DNA from: a virus
Taxonomy: Duplodnaviria > Caudoviricetes
Direction: 5' to 3' (one strand)
DNA: 37,258 nt
Virus record (IMG/VR): IMGVR_UViG_3300033067_000387
Span: 1-37,258 of that record
Part shown: positions 1-9,156 of the stretch, piece by piece
Layout of the letters: each line of letters opens with the position of its first letter
Numbering within the stretch: the stretch's first letter is position 1
The notes under the pieces: model-generated
Told to the model about the DNA's origin: nothing
Databases searched by the model: none
The model's input: the letters and a program-made list of their open reading frames with translations, nothing else
Program-made: the position numbers and the translations under genes

Positions 1-31
1 AAGCCGAGCAAATTTTCAAGGGTTTTTGAAC

Positions 32-493
32 ATGGGAACACGCGGACCGAAGAAAACGCCGACTGCGGTACTGAAAGTCAGGGGTTCTTGGCTTGTGAAC
101 GACCGTAAAGACGAGCCTGAATTGACGTGCGAACCTGTCCCATGTCCGGTATGGGTTTCTCCTGCCGGTCAAGTCCACTGGGATGAGGTTTGTCGGGTGC
201 TCGATGGGATGGGACTGCTGGCCAAGCCGTTCAGCATCACGATGGGAATGCTGGTGAATTGCCTTGCCGAGTATATCTCGCTGTCCGAGGAATGCCGGTC
301 GATTCCGCGAACGTACTCGACTGACAAGGGGATTGTCGCCTCTCCAGAGCATAAGCAGTTGTGGGACGTGTGGCAGAGGTTGCTGTCGATCTGCCGGGAA
401 TTCGGACTGACTCCGTCGAGCATTGCGAGTGTGAAGTCAATGAAGGCCGAGAAGTCGGAGAAGAAGGGGATAGGGGCTTTCAAGATTGGCTAA
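32..493 (+). CDS. terS: Phage terminase small subunit (P27 family)
   Basis: N-terminal RGPKKTPTAVLKVRG and C-terminal REFGLTPSS motifs; directly upstream of and overlapping terL. ATG at 32 chosen over TTG at 26. Confidence 0.9.
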   Translation: MGTRGPKKTPTAVLKVRGSWLVNDRKDEPELTCEPVPCPVWVSPAGQVHWDEVCRVLDGMGLLAKPFSITMGMLVNCLAEYISLSEECRSIPRTYSTDKGIVASPEHKQLWDVWQRLLSICREFGLTPSSIASVKSMKAEKSEKKGIGAFKIG

Positions 494-2102
494 GATTCCG
501 GCGAAGTGGAAGAAGCTATTCAAGTTGCTTCCGGGGTACGATCCTGTTGCGACTGCGGGGGATTGTGTATTCGATGCGAAGGTGGCGGACCGGGTATGTG
601 CATTCTTCCCGGAGTACATGACTCACATTGAGGGGGAGTTTTCCGGCAGACCGTTTGAGTTGCAACCGTGGCAGGCGGCTTTGATGGGTTGTGCGTTCGG
701 GTGGAAGAGGCCGGACGGGCTGCGGCGGTATCGGGAGGTGTTTCAGTATGTGCCGAGGAAGAATGGGAAAACCACGATGATCGGTGCTCTCATTAACCTT
801 GTCGCGTTTTGCGATCAGGAACCGGGAGCACAGATATACTCTGCTGCTGCGGATCGGGAGCAGGCGGCTCTTGTGTACCGGCAGACGAAGGGGATGATTC
901 ACAACAAGCCTGAACTAGAGGGATTGGTTCAGATATACACGTCGTACAAGTCGATCAGCTATCCCGACAACATCGTTTACAAGGCATTGTCTGCCGATGC
1001 GGAGACGAAGCACGGGTACAACACTCATTTCTGTGTGATCGACGAGTTGCATGCTCAGCCGAATCGGGATTTGGTGGACGTGTTGACGACTTCGACCGGA
1101 TCGAGGCGTCAGCCGTTGATTTGGTACATTACGACTTCGGATTTCGACCGGGAGAGTATCTGTAATGAGAAGTTGGACTACGCGAAGAAGGTACAGGCCG
1201 GGATTATCGAGGATTCATCTTTCCTGCCCTGCGTTTTTGAGGCGTCGAATGATGATAATTGGGAGTCTCCTAAGGTCTGGAAGAAGGCGAATCCGAACTA
1301 TGGAATTAGCATTTCGGAGGAGTACCTTCGGCGTGAGTGCCAGCGGGCGAAGGATATGCCGACGTACCTGAATACGTTCAAGCGGTTGCATCTGAACATC
1401 AAGACGACTTCGGATGTGGCATGGCTGACGATGGACAAGTGGGACAAGTGCGGTGAGAAGTTTGATCCAAGTGCGTTGGAGGGCCGAGAATGCTTTGCGG
1501 GGCTGGATCTTTCGACGACGACTGACGTTTCGTCGTTTGTATTGGTGTTTCCCCCGCGAACGGAGGCAGAAGAAGTGTATATTCTGCCGTTTTTCTGGAT
1601 TCCGGGGGATTCTGCCGAGCGGAGGGAGAAGCGGGATCGGGTGCCGTATATCACGTGGGCAAGGGATGGACTGATGACGATGACGGAGGGGAACGTGGTC
1701 GATTATCGCGTTCTACGTCGGCATATTAACGAGTTGGCGGAGCGTTTCAATATCCGGGAGATTGCTGCGGACCGATGGAATGCTACTCAACTGCTAACAG
1801 ACCTTATGGATGATGGCCATGAGGTGATACAATACGGGCAGGGATATCGGGATATGTCTGCTCCTACCAAGGATCTTGAAGCCTTGGTAATGTCTGGTCG
1901 GTTACGGCATGGCGGGAATAAGGTGTTAAGATGGATGGCATCGAATGTCATGTTGGAAACGGACGCTGCCGGGAACATCAAGCCGAGCAAGAAGAAGTCT
2001 TCGGAGAAGATCGACGGGATCGTTTCGACTGTGATGGCATTGGGCCGGATGAATGTCGATGACGGGATTCCTAAAGTCGGTGAAATGTTAGGATTTATCT
2101 GA
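486..2102 (+). CDS. terL: Phage terminase large subunit (Terminase_1 type)
   Basis: LQPWQ, Walker A VPRKNGKT, Walker B VIDELH, nuclease motifs GLDLSTTTD and KIDGIVS. Confidence 0.97.
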   Translation: MAKIPAKWKKLFKLLPGYDPVATAGDCVFDAKVADRVCAFFPEYMTHIEGEFSGRPFELQPWQAALMGCAFGWKRPDGLRRYREVFQYVPRKNGKTTMIGALINLVAFCDQEPGAQIYSAAADREQAALVYRQTKGMIHNKPELEGLVQIYTSYKSISYPDNIVYKALSADAETKHGYNTHFCVIDELHAQPNRDLVDVLTTSTGSRRQPLIWYITTSDFDRESICNEKLDYAKKVQAGIIEDSSFLPCVFEASNDDNWESPKVWKKANPNYGISISEEYLRRECQRAKDMPTYLNTFKRLHLNIKTTSDVAWLTMDKWDKCGEKFDPSALEGRECFAGLDLSTTTDVSSFVLVFPPRTEAEEVYILPFFWIPGDSAERREKRDRVPYITWARDGLMTMTEGNVVDYRVLRRHINELAERFNIREIAADRWNATQLLTDLMDDGHEVIQYGQGYRDMSAPTKDLEALVMSGRLRHGGNKVLRWMASNVMLETDAAGNIKPSKKKSSEKIDGIVSTVMALGRMNVDDGIPKVGEMLGFI

Positions 2103-2258
2103 ATGGATCGAATCTGTTATATCGCCGGAACCGTTCTCCTATTTGGCGGTTTGTTCCAGTATGATTACCGATTAGCGATGGTAGCTGGCGGGGTGCTGTG
2201 TTTGGTGTTGGCGTTCCTGTTTGATTTCGGCGTCGGCAATCATTCAAAGGGTGAATAA
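2103..2258 (+). CDS. Small two-TM membrane protein between terL and portal (51 aa, not in the ORF track)
   Basis: Hand translation MDRICYIAGTVLLFGGLFQYDYRLAMVAGGVLCLVLAFLFDFGVGNHSKGE. Starts right after the terL stop; its TAA overlaps the portal ATG (TAATG). Confidence 0.75.
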   Translation: MDRICYIAGTVLLFGGLFQYDYRLAMVAGGVLCLVLAFLFDFGVGNHSKGE

Positions 2259-3910
2259 TGGGTTTACTGGCGAAAGCTCTCGGCAGGACGGAATTGTCTA
2301 CTATCTCACCGCTGAATGCGTGGTTGACTGATGGAGACTGGTGGGGCTTACGCACGGCTGCCGGAAGGACCGTCAATTCGGATAACGCATTGAAGGTTTC
2401 GGCGGTAATGGCCTGCGTGAAGGTTCTGTCCGAGACCTTGGCGATTATGCCGTTGAAGGTCTATCGAAAGAAGCCGGGCGGCGGTCGGACGGAGGCGGAT
2501 GGCTTGCCGTTGTTCGATGTGCTCGGGAAGAATCCTAATCCTTGGATGACTTCCTTTGAGTGGGTCGAGTTGATTATGAATCACCTGACGACGAGGGGGA
2601 ATCACTATTCCCTGAAGGTTCCGGGCGAATACGGGGCTGTGACTTGGCTTGTGCCGCTGCATCCCGACAAGGTGGCACTGAAGAAGGAGCGGCAGACGGG
2701 GACGTACTTCTACGAGGTCCACAATGAGAATGGCGGACGCGACGTGTATACGCTGGACGAGATTCTGCACATTCGTGGGATGACCGCCGGGGATGGTATG
2801 GTCGGTCTCAACCCGATTGCTTACATGCGGGAGACTATCGGACTGGACATGGGGGCCGAGGAGTTCGGGGCTAGCTTCTTCGGGAGTGCGGGAATTCCGA
2901 AGGTGGTACTTGAAACCGATCAGAAGATGAATCTGAACGACCGGAACGAACTGGCGAAACACTGGGATGAGCGGTACTCCGGGAAGGGGAATCACAATCG
3001 TACGGCGGTTGCATCGCACAATCTGAAAGTTAAGGTGGTTTCGATCCCTCCGGAGGATTCCCAGTTCATCGAGACTCGCAAGATGACGAAGCGTGAGATT
3101 GCTTCGCTCTATCGGGTGCCGCTGCACATGATAGGGGATTTGGAGCGTTCCACGAACAATAACATCGAGCATCAGTCGCTCGAATTCCTGATGTACACGA
3201 TGCTCCCGTGGATTCGACGGGTGGAGACCGCTCTTGATTCGTCGCTCCTGCCTTCCGGTGGCCGATACTTCACCAAGTTCAACGTGGAAGGTCTGCTGCG
3301 GGGGGACAACACTTCTCGCATTGCGTGGTATCGCGGAATGCGGGAAATGGGGGTGCTGTCTGCCGACGAGATCCGCCAGCACGAAGACATGGAGCCGATT
3401 GGGGAGGAATCCGGCGGAGAGAAACGGTTCTTCAATGCGGCATATGTCGAGTTGTCCAAGGCCGGAGATCCCGAATTGGGCAAGCCAAGTGTTCCGGCTT
3501 CCCCTTCCCCGGATACTCGCCATCCCGATCAGCAGAACAGCGAGGCGAAATCTAAGATCAGGCTGATGATCCTGTCCGAGATCGGGAAGCTCGTTAGATG
3601 GGAGATTGCCGAGACGAACAAGCTCTCTCATAACGCAAAAGACTTCACGGCGAAGATTGAAGCCTTCCACGGGGATCATCAGAAACGCATGACAGAGAAG
3701 GTGAAGCCGTTGTGTGAATTACTGGATGTAATGGGTGAAAAATCACTGGAAAAGCTGGAAAACGCTGTGAAAAACCATTTTTCCAGCAGTTTTGAGGCGA
3801 TTTTGTCGGCAATGGAATGTCCGGCTGACAAGCTGACTGAATCTGTCTCCGGGATGACTGAGAAGTGGGATTCTCGGGTATTGAAGGTAGTCGATGAACT
3901 TGGGATCTGA
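2258..3910 (+). CDS. Portal protein, HK97 family, with C-terminal extension
   Basis: SAVMACVKVLSETLA, PNPWMTSFEW, GNHY, EILHIRG, DSQFIETRK, EIASLYRVPLHMIG, NNIEHQ, LSADEIRQHE. Confidence 0.96.
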   Translation: MGLLAKALGRTELSTISPLNAWLTDGDWWGLRTAAGRTVNSDNALKVSAVMACVKVLSETLAIMPLKVYRKKPGGGRTEADGLPLFDVLGKNPNPWMTSFEWVELIMNHLTTRGNHYSLKVPGEYGAVTWLVPLHPDKVALKKERQTGTYFYEVHNENGGRDVYTLDEILHIRGMTAGDGMVGLNPIAYMRETIGLDMGAEEFGASFFGSAGIPKVVLETDQKMNLNDRNELAKHWDERYSGKGNHNRTAVASHNLKVKVVSIPPEDSQFIETRKMTKREIASLYRVPLHMIGDLERSTNNNIEHQSLEFLMYTMLPWIRRVETALDSSLLPSGGRYFTKFNVEGLLRGDNTSRIAWYRGMREMGVLSADEIRQHEDMEPIGEESGGEKRFFNAAYVELSKAGDPELGKPSVPASPSPDTRHPDQQNSEAKSKIRLMILSEIGKLVRWEIAETNKLSHNAKDFTAKIEAFHGDHQKRMTEKVKPLCELLDVMGEKSLEKLENAVKNHFSSSFEAILSAMECPADKLTESVSGMTEKWDSRVLKVVDELGI

Positions 3911-3921
3911 TTGGAGATGAC

Positions 3922-4110
3922 ATGCGGCTGACAACTGACGGGAATGAAGTGGTGACACTCGCGGAGGTTATCTCCGGGCATCGGGCAAGCCTGCAATTGA
4001 GTTTGGCGGCGGCGGAATCCGAGAATAAGACGGAACTTGCCGTGCGGCTGAAGGATCAACTGCAACGGCTCAACGATCAATCGGCAAAACTGCGACAGGA
4101 GGACTCCTGA
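3922..4110 (+). CDS. Hypothetical protein (62 aa, coiled-coil-like)
   Basis: GGAG upstream; its TGA overlaps the protease ATG (TGATG). Confidence 0.6.
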   Translation: MRLTTDGNEVVTLAEVISGHRASLQLSLAAAESENKTELAVRLKDQLQRLNDQSAKLRQEDS

Positions 4111-4607
4111 TGGGAAGGTTACAGCAACTTGAGGGGTGGGCCTTGATGTGGTCCGATGTGGCTGATAGGGGTGATTTCAAGCTCCGTATCGAACCAGATG
4201 CATTCAATGATTCCGTCAAGGAGGGAGATATTCAGGGACTCCTGCATCACGATTGGGGTCAGCCTATCGCCCGGCAGAAAAACGGATCGATGACGCTGGA
4301 GAATCGCAACGGCGGGCTGTATGTGACGTTCAAGCCGAACGATACGACGGCTGGCAGGGACGCCGTGGAACTGGCCATGTCTGGGGACGTTCGCGGCCAG
4401 TCTATCGGATTCACCGTGGACGAAATCGACATTGAAGATCCGAAATCGAAGAACGACAAGCCAACCGTGGTTGTGAAAAAGGGTAGGCTGGAGGAGTCGT
4501 CTATCGTGACGAATCCTGCCATGAAATCATCCTCGATCAAGGTGAGTCAGTCGGAGCCGTCACCTAAACTAGCGGAGTTGCGTGCGACTCTTAAAAAGAT
4601 GGGTTGA
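4110..4607 (+). CDS. Prohead (capsid maturation) protease, HK97 family
   Basis: LEGWA, IEPDAF, LLHHD (His), GQSIGF (Ser), LEESSIVTNPA; sits between portal and capsid. Confidence 0.92.
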   Translation: MGRLQQLEGWALMWSDVADRGDFKLRIEPDAFNDSVKEGDIQGLLHHDWGQPIARQKNGSMTLENRNGGLYVTFKPNDTTAGRDAVELAMSGDVRGQSIGFTVDEIDIEDPKSKNDKPTVVVKKGRLEESSIVTNPAMKSSSIKVSQSEPSPKLAELRATLKKMG

Positions 4608-4632
4608 CGCTTCTGCTATCTGCGATGATAAT
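4604..4632 (+). promoter_or_regulatory. Sigma70-like promoter upstream of the capsid gene
   Basis: TTGACG (4604-4609), 17 bp, GATAAT (4627-4632). Confidence 0.7.
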
Positions 4633-4670
4633 CTGACAAGTGGGAGAGATCCCGCTGACACAATCTGAAA

Positions 4671-4845
4671 CTCGCTCTCTTGCCGATTCCGGGTTATCCC
4701 ATGATAGGTGATTGAGAACAGCGATTCGTCCGGTTAGCCGGGTGCGAATCACTCGCAATGGTTTTTACAAATCATTGCCGGTGGTCTGCATCCGGCTATA
4801 TGTTTTTAGCCTTGCTCCTCCGGCAACATACCAAGGAGCAATTCA
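4671..4845 (+). promoter_or_regulatory. Structured 5' leader of the capsid mRNA, with an RBS-occluding hairpin
   Basis: TAGCCGGGTGC (4735-4745) pairs with GCATCCGGCTA (4788-4798) and encloses GCAATGGTTT/AAATCATTGC. TTGCTCCT (4812-4819) pairs with AGGAGCAA (4834-4841), which contains the SD. Confidence 0.6.
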
Positions 4846-6183
4846 ATGAACAGGCTGCAACAATTGCAGGATCGGGACGCGGCAATCGTCGAGTTGATGG
4901 CTGAAATCAACGATAAGGTGGCTGCCGACAATCGGCTGGAACTTTCGGCGGAAGAAACTTCCAAGTACGACGCCTTGAAGTCGGAGCGGGAATCGCTCAC
5001 TAAGGCCATCGCACGGGAAACCGAGATTCTGGCCGCTCAGAAGGAAATTCTGGCGAAAGGGAAGTCGACTCCGGTGGTCGAGGACGAAAAGAAGGTTGTC
5101 GACACGATCCGATTCCCGATGGGATTCGCGACGCCGAAATTCTTCAAGGGGCCGGAAGCGAAACTGGACGCCTACAAGTCTGGTCAATTCCTCTTGGCCT
5201 CTCTCCGTGGCAGTGCCAAGGCGAAGCAATGGTGCGAGGATCATGGCGTTCAGGTTCTCTCCCAGAATGAGGGGACGAATACCGCTGGCGGATACCTCGT
5301 CAATCCTGAAATGTCGTCTGTCATCATCGACTTGCGTGAAACCTACGGCGTCTTCCGACGCAATTGCCAACGCATGCCGATGAGTTCCGATACACTGACG
5401 ATGAACCGCCGGAACGGTGGCCTGACGGCTTATTTCAAGGCCGAAGAAGCCGCTTATACCGATTCGAGCAAGTCTTGGAATCAGGTTCAATTGGCCGCGA
5501 AGAAGCTGACGGCTTTGACGTACTGGTCGAATGAACTGGACGACGACGCGATCATCAGCCTCGCCGACGATCTTGCTTCGGAAATCGCTTATGCGTTCGC
5601 TCTGAAGGAAGATCAATGCGGATTCACTGGTGACGGGACTTCGACCTATTCCGGGATTACCGGGGTTGTCAACCGTCTCGCCTCTGGAAGCTACGCCGGG
5701 AGTGTTTACACGGCTGCCACTGGGCATACCGCGTACTCGTCCCTCACTCTGGCCGACTTCCACGGCTTGACCGGTCTCCTCCCGCTCTATGCCAATCCGG
5801 GAGCGAAGTTCTACTGCTCCAATGTGGCTTGGGCGAATTCGATGGAGCGTCTGGCCTACGCTGGCGGCGGGAATACCCGTACCGACATCGGCGGCAAGAT
5901 GGTTCCGACCTTCCTCGGTTATCCGGTCGAGCTGGTCCAAGTGATGAACACTACGACCACTGCTCAGACTTCGACGACCGGGATTATCCTCTTCGGGAAT
6001 CTGTCGATGGCTGCTGTGATGGGTACTCGTCGCGAGTTGACCATCGAGACGAGCAATCAGGTTGCATGGACGACCGATCAAATCGCTATCAAGGGTTCTC
6101 AGCGATTCGATATCAACGTCCACGATACCGGTTCGGCTTCCGTTGCCGGTCCTGTCGTCGCTCTCGCCACTCCCGGCTCCTAA
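4846..6183 (+). CDS. Major capsid protein, HK97 fold, with N-terminal delta (scaffold) domain
   Basis: Coiled-coil N-terminus, AGGYLVNPE, AAKKLTALTYWSNEL, FTGDGT, TFLGYPV, ILFGNLS, DQIAIKGSQRFD. Confidence 0.97.
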   Translation: MNRLQQLQDRDAAIVELMAEINDKVAADNRLELSAEETSKYDALKSERESLTKAIARETEILAAQKEILAKGKSTPVVEDEKKVVDTIRFPMGFATPKFFKGPEAKLDAYKSGQFLLASLRGSAKAKQWCEDHGVQVLSQNEGTNTAGGYLVNPEMSSVIIDLRETYGVFRRNCQRMPMSSDTLTMNRRNGGLTAYFKAEEAAYTDSSKSWNQVQLAAKKLTALTYWSNELDDDAIISLADDLASEIAYAFALKEDQCGFTGDGTSTYSGITGVVNRLASGSYAGSVYTAATGHTAYSSLTLADFHGLTGLLPLYANPGAKFYCSNVAWANSMERLAYAGGGNTRTDIGGKMVPTFLGYPVELVQVMNTTTTAQTSTTGIILFGNLSMAAVMGTRRELTIETSNQVAWTTDQIAIKGSQRFDINVHDTGSASVAGPVVALATPGS

Positions 6184-6215
6184 TCAATAACCGCCTTTTA
6201 GAAAGGGTTTGAAAT

Positions 6216-6662
6216 ATGACTGTCAATGCTCAGAGAGATAAGCGGGTGGTTTTGATTGCCTCGAAATCAAACACCAGCTCCATCACCACTACGGCACGAC
6301 TCGACACTCTCGGGGTCGATCATGCCACCATTTCCATCAACTTCGGCATTGAGAAAAACTCGTCTGCCATCGGGCCGACTGTGATTCTCAAGGAAGGTGA
6401 TACGACTTCCTCGTTTGCGACTTGGTCCTCCTCATGCACCATTACCGGTGCCGATGGAGACTTGGTGGCGGCGAAGCAGGTTGTCTTCCATGTCGATACC
6501 CGCAATCGCAAGCGTTACATCGAGTTGACGTTGGCGACCGGGACAGCGACGAACGACGACGTTGTTTGGGGTGCCGAAGCCGTGTTGAGTCGTCAAGCCG
6601 AATGTCCCGGCTCGACTTCCGATATGGTCAACACCACGAACGACATCGTTCGGATCATCTAA
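6216..6662 (+). CDS. Virion structural protein, possible capsid decoration protein
   Basis: Beta-rich and Thr/Ser-rich, KRYIEL motif. Lies between the capsid gene and a terminator, so probably co-expressed with capsid. Confidence 0.6.
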   Translation: MTVNAQRDKRVVLIASKSNTSSITTTARLDTLGVDHATISINFGIEKNSSAIGPTVILKEGDTTSSFATWSSSCTITGADGDLVAAKQVVFHVDTRNRKRYIELTLATGTATNDDVVWGAEAVLSRQAECPGSTSDMVNTTNDIVRII

Positions 6663-6677
6663 CCCTCTCTCCTGTTT

Positions 6678-6716
6678 GGCGGGGCCGGGGCAATCAATCG
6701 CTCCGGTCCCGCTTTT
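6678..6716 (+). terminator. Probable intrinsic terminator
   Basis: GGCGGGGCCGGGGC / GCTCCGGTCCCGCT stem followed by a short T run. Confidence 0.6.
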
Positions 6717-6735
6717 GCCCCCTTCAGGAATCAAT

Positions 6736-7863
6736 ATGTCGATCAAGTTGAATATCGGATCGGGACCGATTGTTGTTCCAGAATTTCAGAACATCGACCG
6801 CAAATTAGGCATGGAAGCCTATCCGCTGGAGTTCCCGGACGGATCGGTAGATGAGATTCGAGCTAGTCACATTCTCGAACATTTCAGCATCGGCGATGCC
6901 CGTGCGGCATTGGAGGAATGGTATCGCGTTCTCGTTCCCGGAGGCCGGATCAGGATTGCGGTTCCTGACATGCAAAAGGCAGTTCTTATCAAGGGCCAAA
7001 TGAGGCAGTTCGTGCTGATGGGCGGACAGATGGATGAGAACGACTTTCACAAATCGGCCTACGACGAGGAGATCCTCGATTCGTTTATGAATCGGGCCGG
7101 ATTCGTGAACGTGAAGCCGTGGGAGAGTGACGGACTGGATACGTCGTCGCATCCCGCCAGTTTGAATCTGGAGGGATTCAAGCCGCTGGAGGAAGTCAAG
7201 GACGGATATACGCTCAAAGCCGTCATGTCGATCCCTCGACTCGGATTTAACGATATGTGGGGATGCGTGCAGGAAGCGTTGACTCCTCGTGGCATTCCGG
7301 TTGCCGGGTATCAGGGAGCATTCTGGGGCCAGTGTATGCAGCGTGCGTTTAACGATGCATTGGCCGCTGACGTGGAATGGATCCTGACTCTCGATTATGA
7401 CTCGATGTTCACTGCCGATCAGCTTGACCAGATGCTCGACATCTTCAAGCATAATCCACGAATCGACGCACTTGCTCCACTACAAATAAAACGTGGCGAG
7501 CATGTCCACATGCTTACCCCTATCGATGGTCCGCAGTCTGGACGAGTGGAAGTGACTCGGTGGCCGATTGAGGTCAAGACGGCTCACTTCGGGTTGACTC
7601 TCCTCCGGACTTCCGCATTGAAGAAACTGGCGAAGCCGTGGTTTCAATGTGTCCCGAATCCTGAAACCGGCGAATACGACGATGAGCGACAGGACGGGGA
7701 TATCTTCTTCTGGAATCGCTGGCGTGAAGCCGGGAATACTGTGTTCGTTACCCCGTCTGTTGGAATCGGCCATCTGGAAACCATGTGTGTCTGGGTGAAT
7801 AAGGACGGGCAAAAGGAATTCATTACCGCAAAAGAATGGCGGGAGAGGAGTAAGTCAGCGTGA
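6736..7863 (+). CDS. SAM-dependent methyltransferase fused to a GT-A (GT2-like) glycosyltransferase
   Basis: N-domain KLNIGSG, DGSVDEIRASHILEHF, EWYRVLVPGGRIRIAVPD. C-domain WILTLDYD (DxD), HFGLTLLR, KPWF, DIFFW, IGHLE. ATG at 6736 follows AGGA. Confidence 0.82.
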   Translation: MSIKLNIGSGPIVVPEFQNIDRKLGMEAYPLEFPDGSVDEIRASHILEHFSIGDARAALEEWYRVLVPGGRIRIAVPDMQKAVLIKGQMRQFVLMGGQMDENDFHKSAYDEEILDSFMNRAGFVNVKPWESDGLDTSSHPASLNLEGFKPLEEVKDGYTLKAVMSIPRLGFNDMWGCVQEALTPRGIPVAGYQGAFWGQCMQRAFNDALAADVEWILTLDYDSMFTADQLDQMLDIFKHNPRIDALAPLQIKRGEHVHMLTPIDGPQSGRVEVTRWPIEVKTAHFGLTLLRTSALKKLAKPWFQCVPNPETGEYDDERQDGDIFFWNRWREAGNTVFVTPSVGIGHLETMCVWVNKDGQKEFITAKEWRERSKSA

Positions 7864-8012
7864 AGATCCGTTTTCTTATGCAGTGGCAACAATTCGAGCA
7901 AGGTCAGATTGTGGATGAATTCCATGCCGGGATGGCCGATACGCTGATCCGGCGTGGAATCGTGGAGCAAGTGAAAGAACAACCGGCCAAGCAGCAGGTC
8001 AAAAAGAAATGA
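7860..8012 (+). CDS. Small head-module protein (50 aa, not in the ORF track)
   Basis: Hand translation MKIRFLMQWQQFEQGQIVDEFHAGMADTLIRRGIVEQVKEQPAKQQVKKK. GTGA and ATGA overlaps with both neighbours. Confidence 0.75.
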   Translation: MKIRFLMQWQQFEQGQIVDEFHAGMADTLIRRGIVEQVKEQPAKQQVKKK

Positions 8013-8815
8013 TACTCGACCGATATACCGCCCAGACAATCGCTCCGACTGCCGAACCGATTTCATTGGCTCAGGCAAAGCGGCAGCTTCGCGTAGACGG
8101 AACGGATGATGACACGTTCATTGCAGGTCTGATTACGGCGGCACGGTCGTATGTGGAGAACTATTGCTCCTCTCAGTTGGTTGTGGCGACGTATCAGCAG
8201 AAGTTGGATAGGTTCCCGTGCAGTGACACGATCAGCCTGAACTACCCGCCGCTGATTAACGTCTCCTCGATTACCTATGTCGATTCGGACGGAACGACTC
8301 AAACTTTGGCGACGACGGTTTACAGCGTGCTGACGACGGAGAAGCCGGGTAAGATCAAGCTGAAATACGGGCAGTCATGGCCGTCGATTCGCAGTCAGCC
8401 GGATGCGGTGACGATTACCTTTCGGGCCGGATATGCGAGGCCATTCACGGCGTCCGGGGCGACGATGACATTCTTGACCTCAGAGCCTTCCAGTTTCGTC
8501 AACTTCTTCCTGTCTACCACTGACGGGGATCTTCCGTCGGGGCTGTACGTCAATAAGTGCTACGACACGATTGTTTCTACGGAACCGTTCACGACTTGGG
8601 GAATTACCCTGTCCGGAACGCACTCGGCGATCAATACGACCGACGCCGGAACCGGGACGCATTTTGTGGGGGTGGTCCCCGAAGCGGCAATTCATGCGAT
8701 GCTGCTGCTGATCTCCCATTGGTACACGAGTCGGAATGCTGGTGTCGATATCGATACGTCAGTTCCGCAGGTGGGATACCTCCTCTCTCCTCTATGTTGG
8801 GGAGGGTCGATATGA
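8009..8815 (+). CDS. Head-tail connector (HK97 gp6 / phiE125 gp8-like) with an internal insertion
   Basis: EPISLAQAKRQLRVD, LITAARSYVENYC, AVTITFRAGY, VPEAAIHAMLLLISHWY. Confidence 0.9.
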   Translation: MILDRYTAQTIAPTAEPISLAQAKRQLRVDGTDDDTFIAGLITAARSYVENYCSSQLVVATYQQKLDRFPCSDTISLNYPPLINVSSITYVDSDGTTQTLATTVYSVLTTEKPGKIKLKYGQSWPSIRSQPDAVTITFRAGYARPFTASGATMTFLTSEPSSFVNFFLSTTDGDLPSGLYVNKCYDTIVSTEPFTTWGITLSGTHSAINTTDAGTGTHFVGVVPEAAIHAMLLLISHWYTSRNAGVDIDTSVPQVGYLLSPLCWGGSI

Positions 8816-9156
8816 GCGATCCGGGCAAACGGGATCAACGAGTGGCTATTTACCATGACACGAGTACCACGGCGGATGGTGTTGGGCAGCATCAGCCGTC
8901 GTGGTCACTCGTGGCTACTTACTGGGCATCTGTTGAAGGGCAAGGAAGCCGGAATCTGTGGCGAGCACAGCAGGTGCAGTCAACAGCGTCACACTTAGTG
9001 ACATTCATTGCCGATTCAGTAACTCGGGCAATTGATCCACTGAGCTACAAGTTCGTGTGGCGGGGTGCCACTTTGAATCCGATTCCTGCGATGCAGGAGA
9101 ACTATCGGGACTTGGATATTTCGTTCGCGTGCGAGGAGCAAGTCACAGGTGATTAA
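8812..9156 (+). CDS. Head closure / head-tail adaptor (SPP1 gp16-like)
   Basis: PGKRDQRVAI, DGVG, WSLVATYWASVE; ATGA coupling at 8812. Confidence 0.85.
   Translation: MSDPGKRDQRVAIYHDTSTTADGVGQHQPSWSLVATYWASVEGQGSRNLWRAQQVQSTASHLVTFIADSVTRAIDPLSYKFVWRGATLNPIPAMQENYRDLDISFACEEQVTGD

Noticed and set aside
1-31. Possible cos/packaging site next to terS
   Set aside because: Too little upstream sequence to support it.
2348-3679. 443-aa minus-strand ORF opposite the portal
   Set aside because: Antisense shadow of a well-supported gene; no motifs or RBS; expected from codon bias.
4843-6123. 426-aa minus-strand ORF opposite the capsid gene
   Set aside because: Same shadow effect in a strongly biased gene; the translation is not protein-like.
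6676-6735. ORF-track N-terminal extensions (also those starting at 8557, 19251, 23931, 33819, 35807)
   Set aside because: They run through a terminator or overlap upstream genes; downstream starts, most with an SD or translational coupling, fit better.
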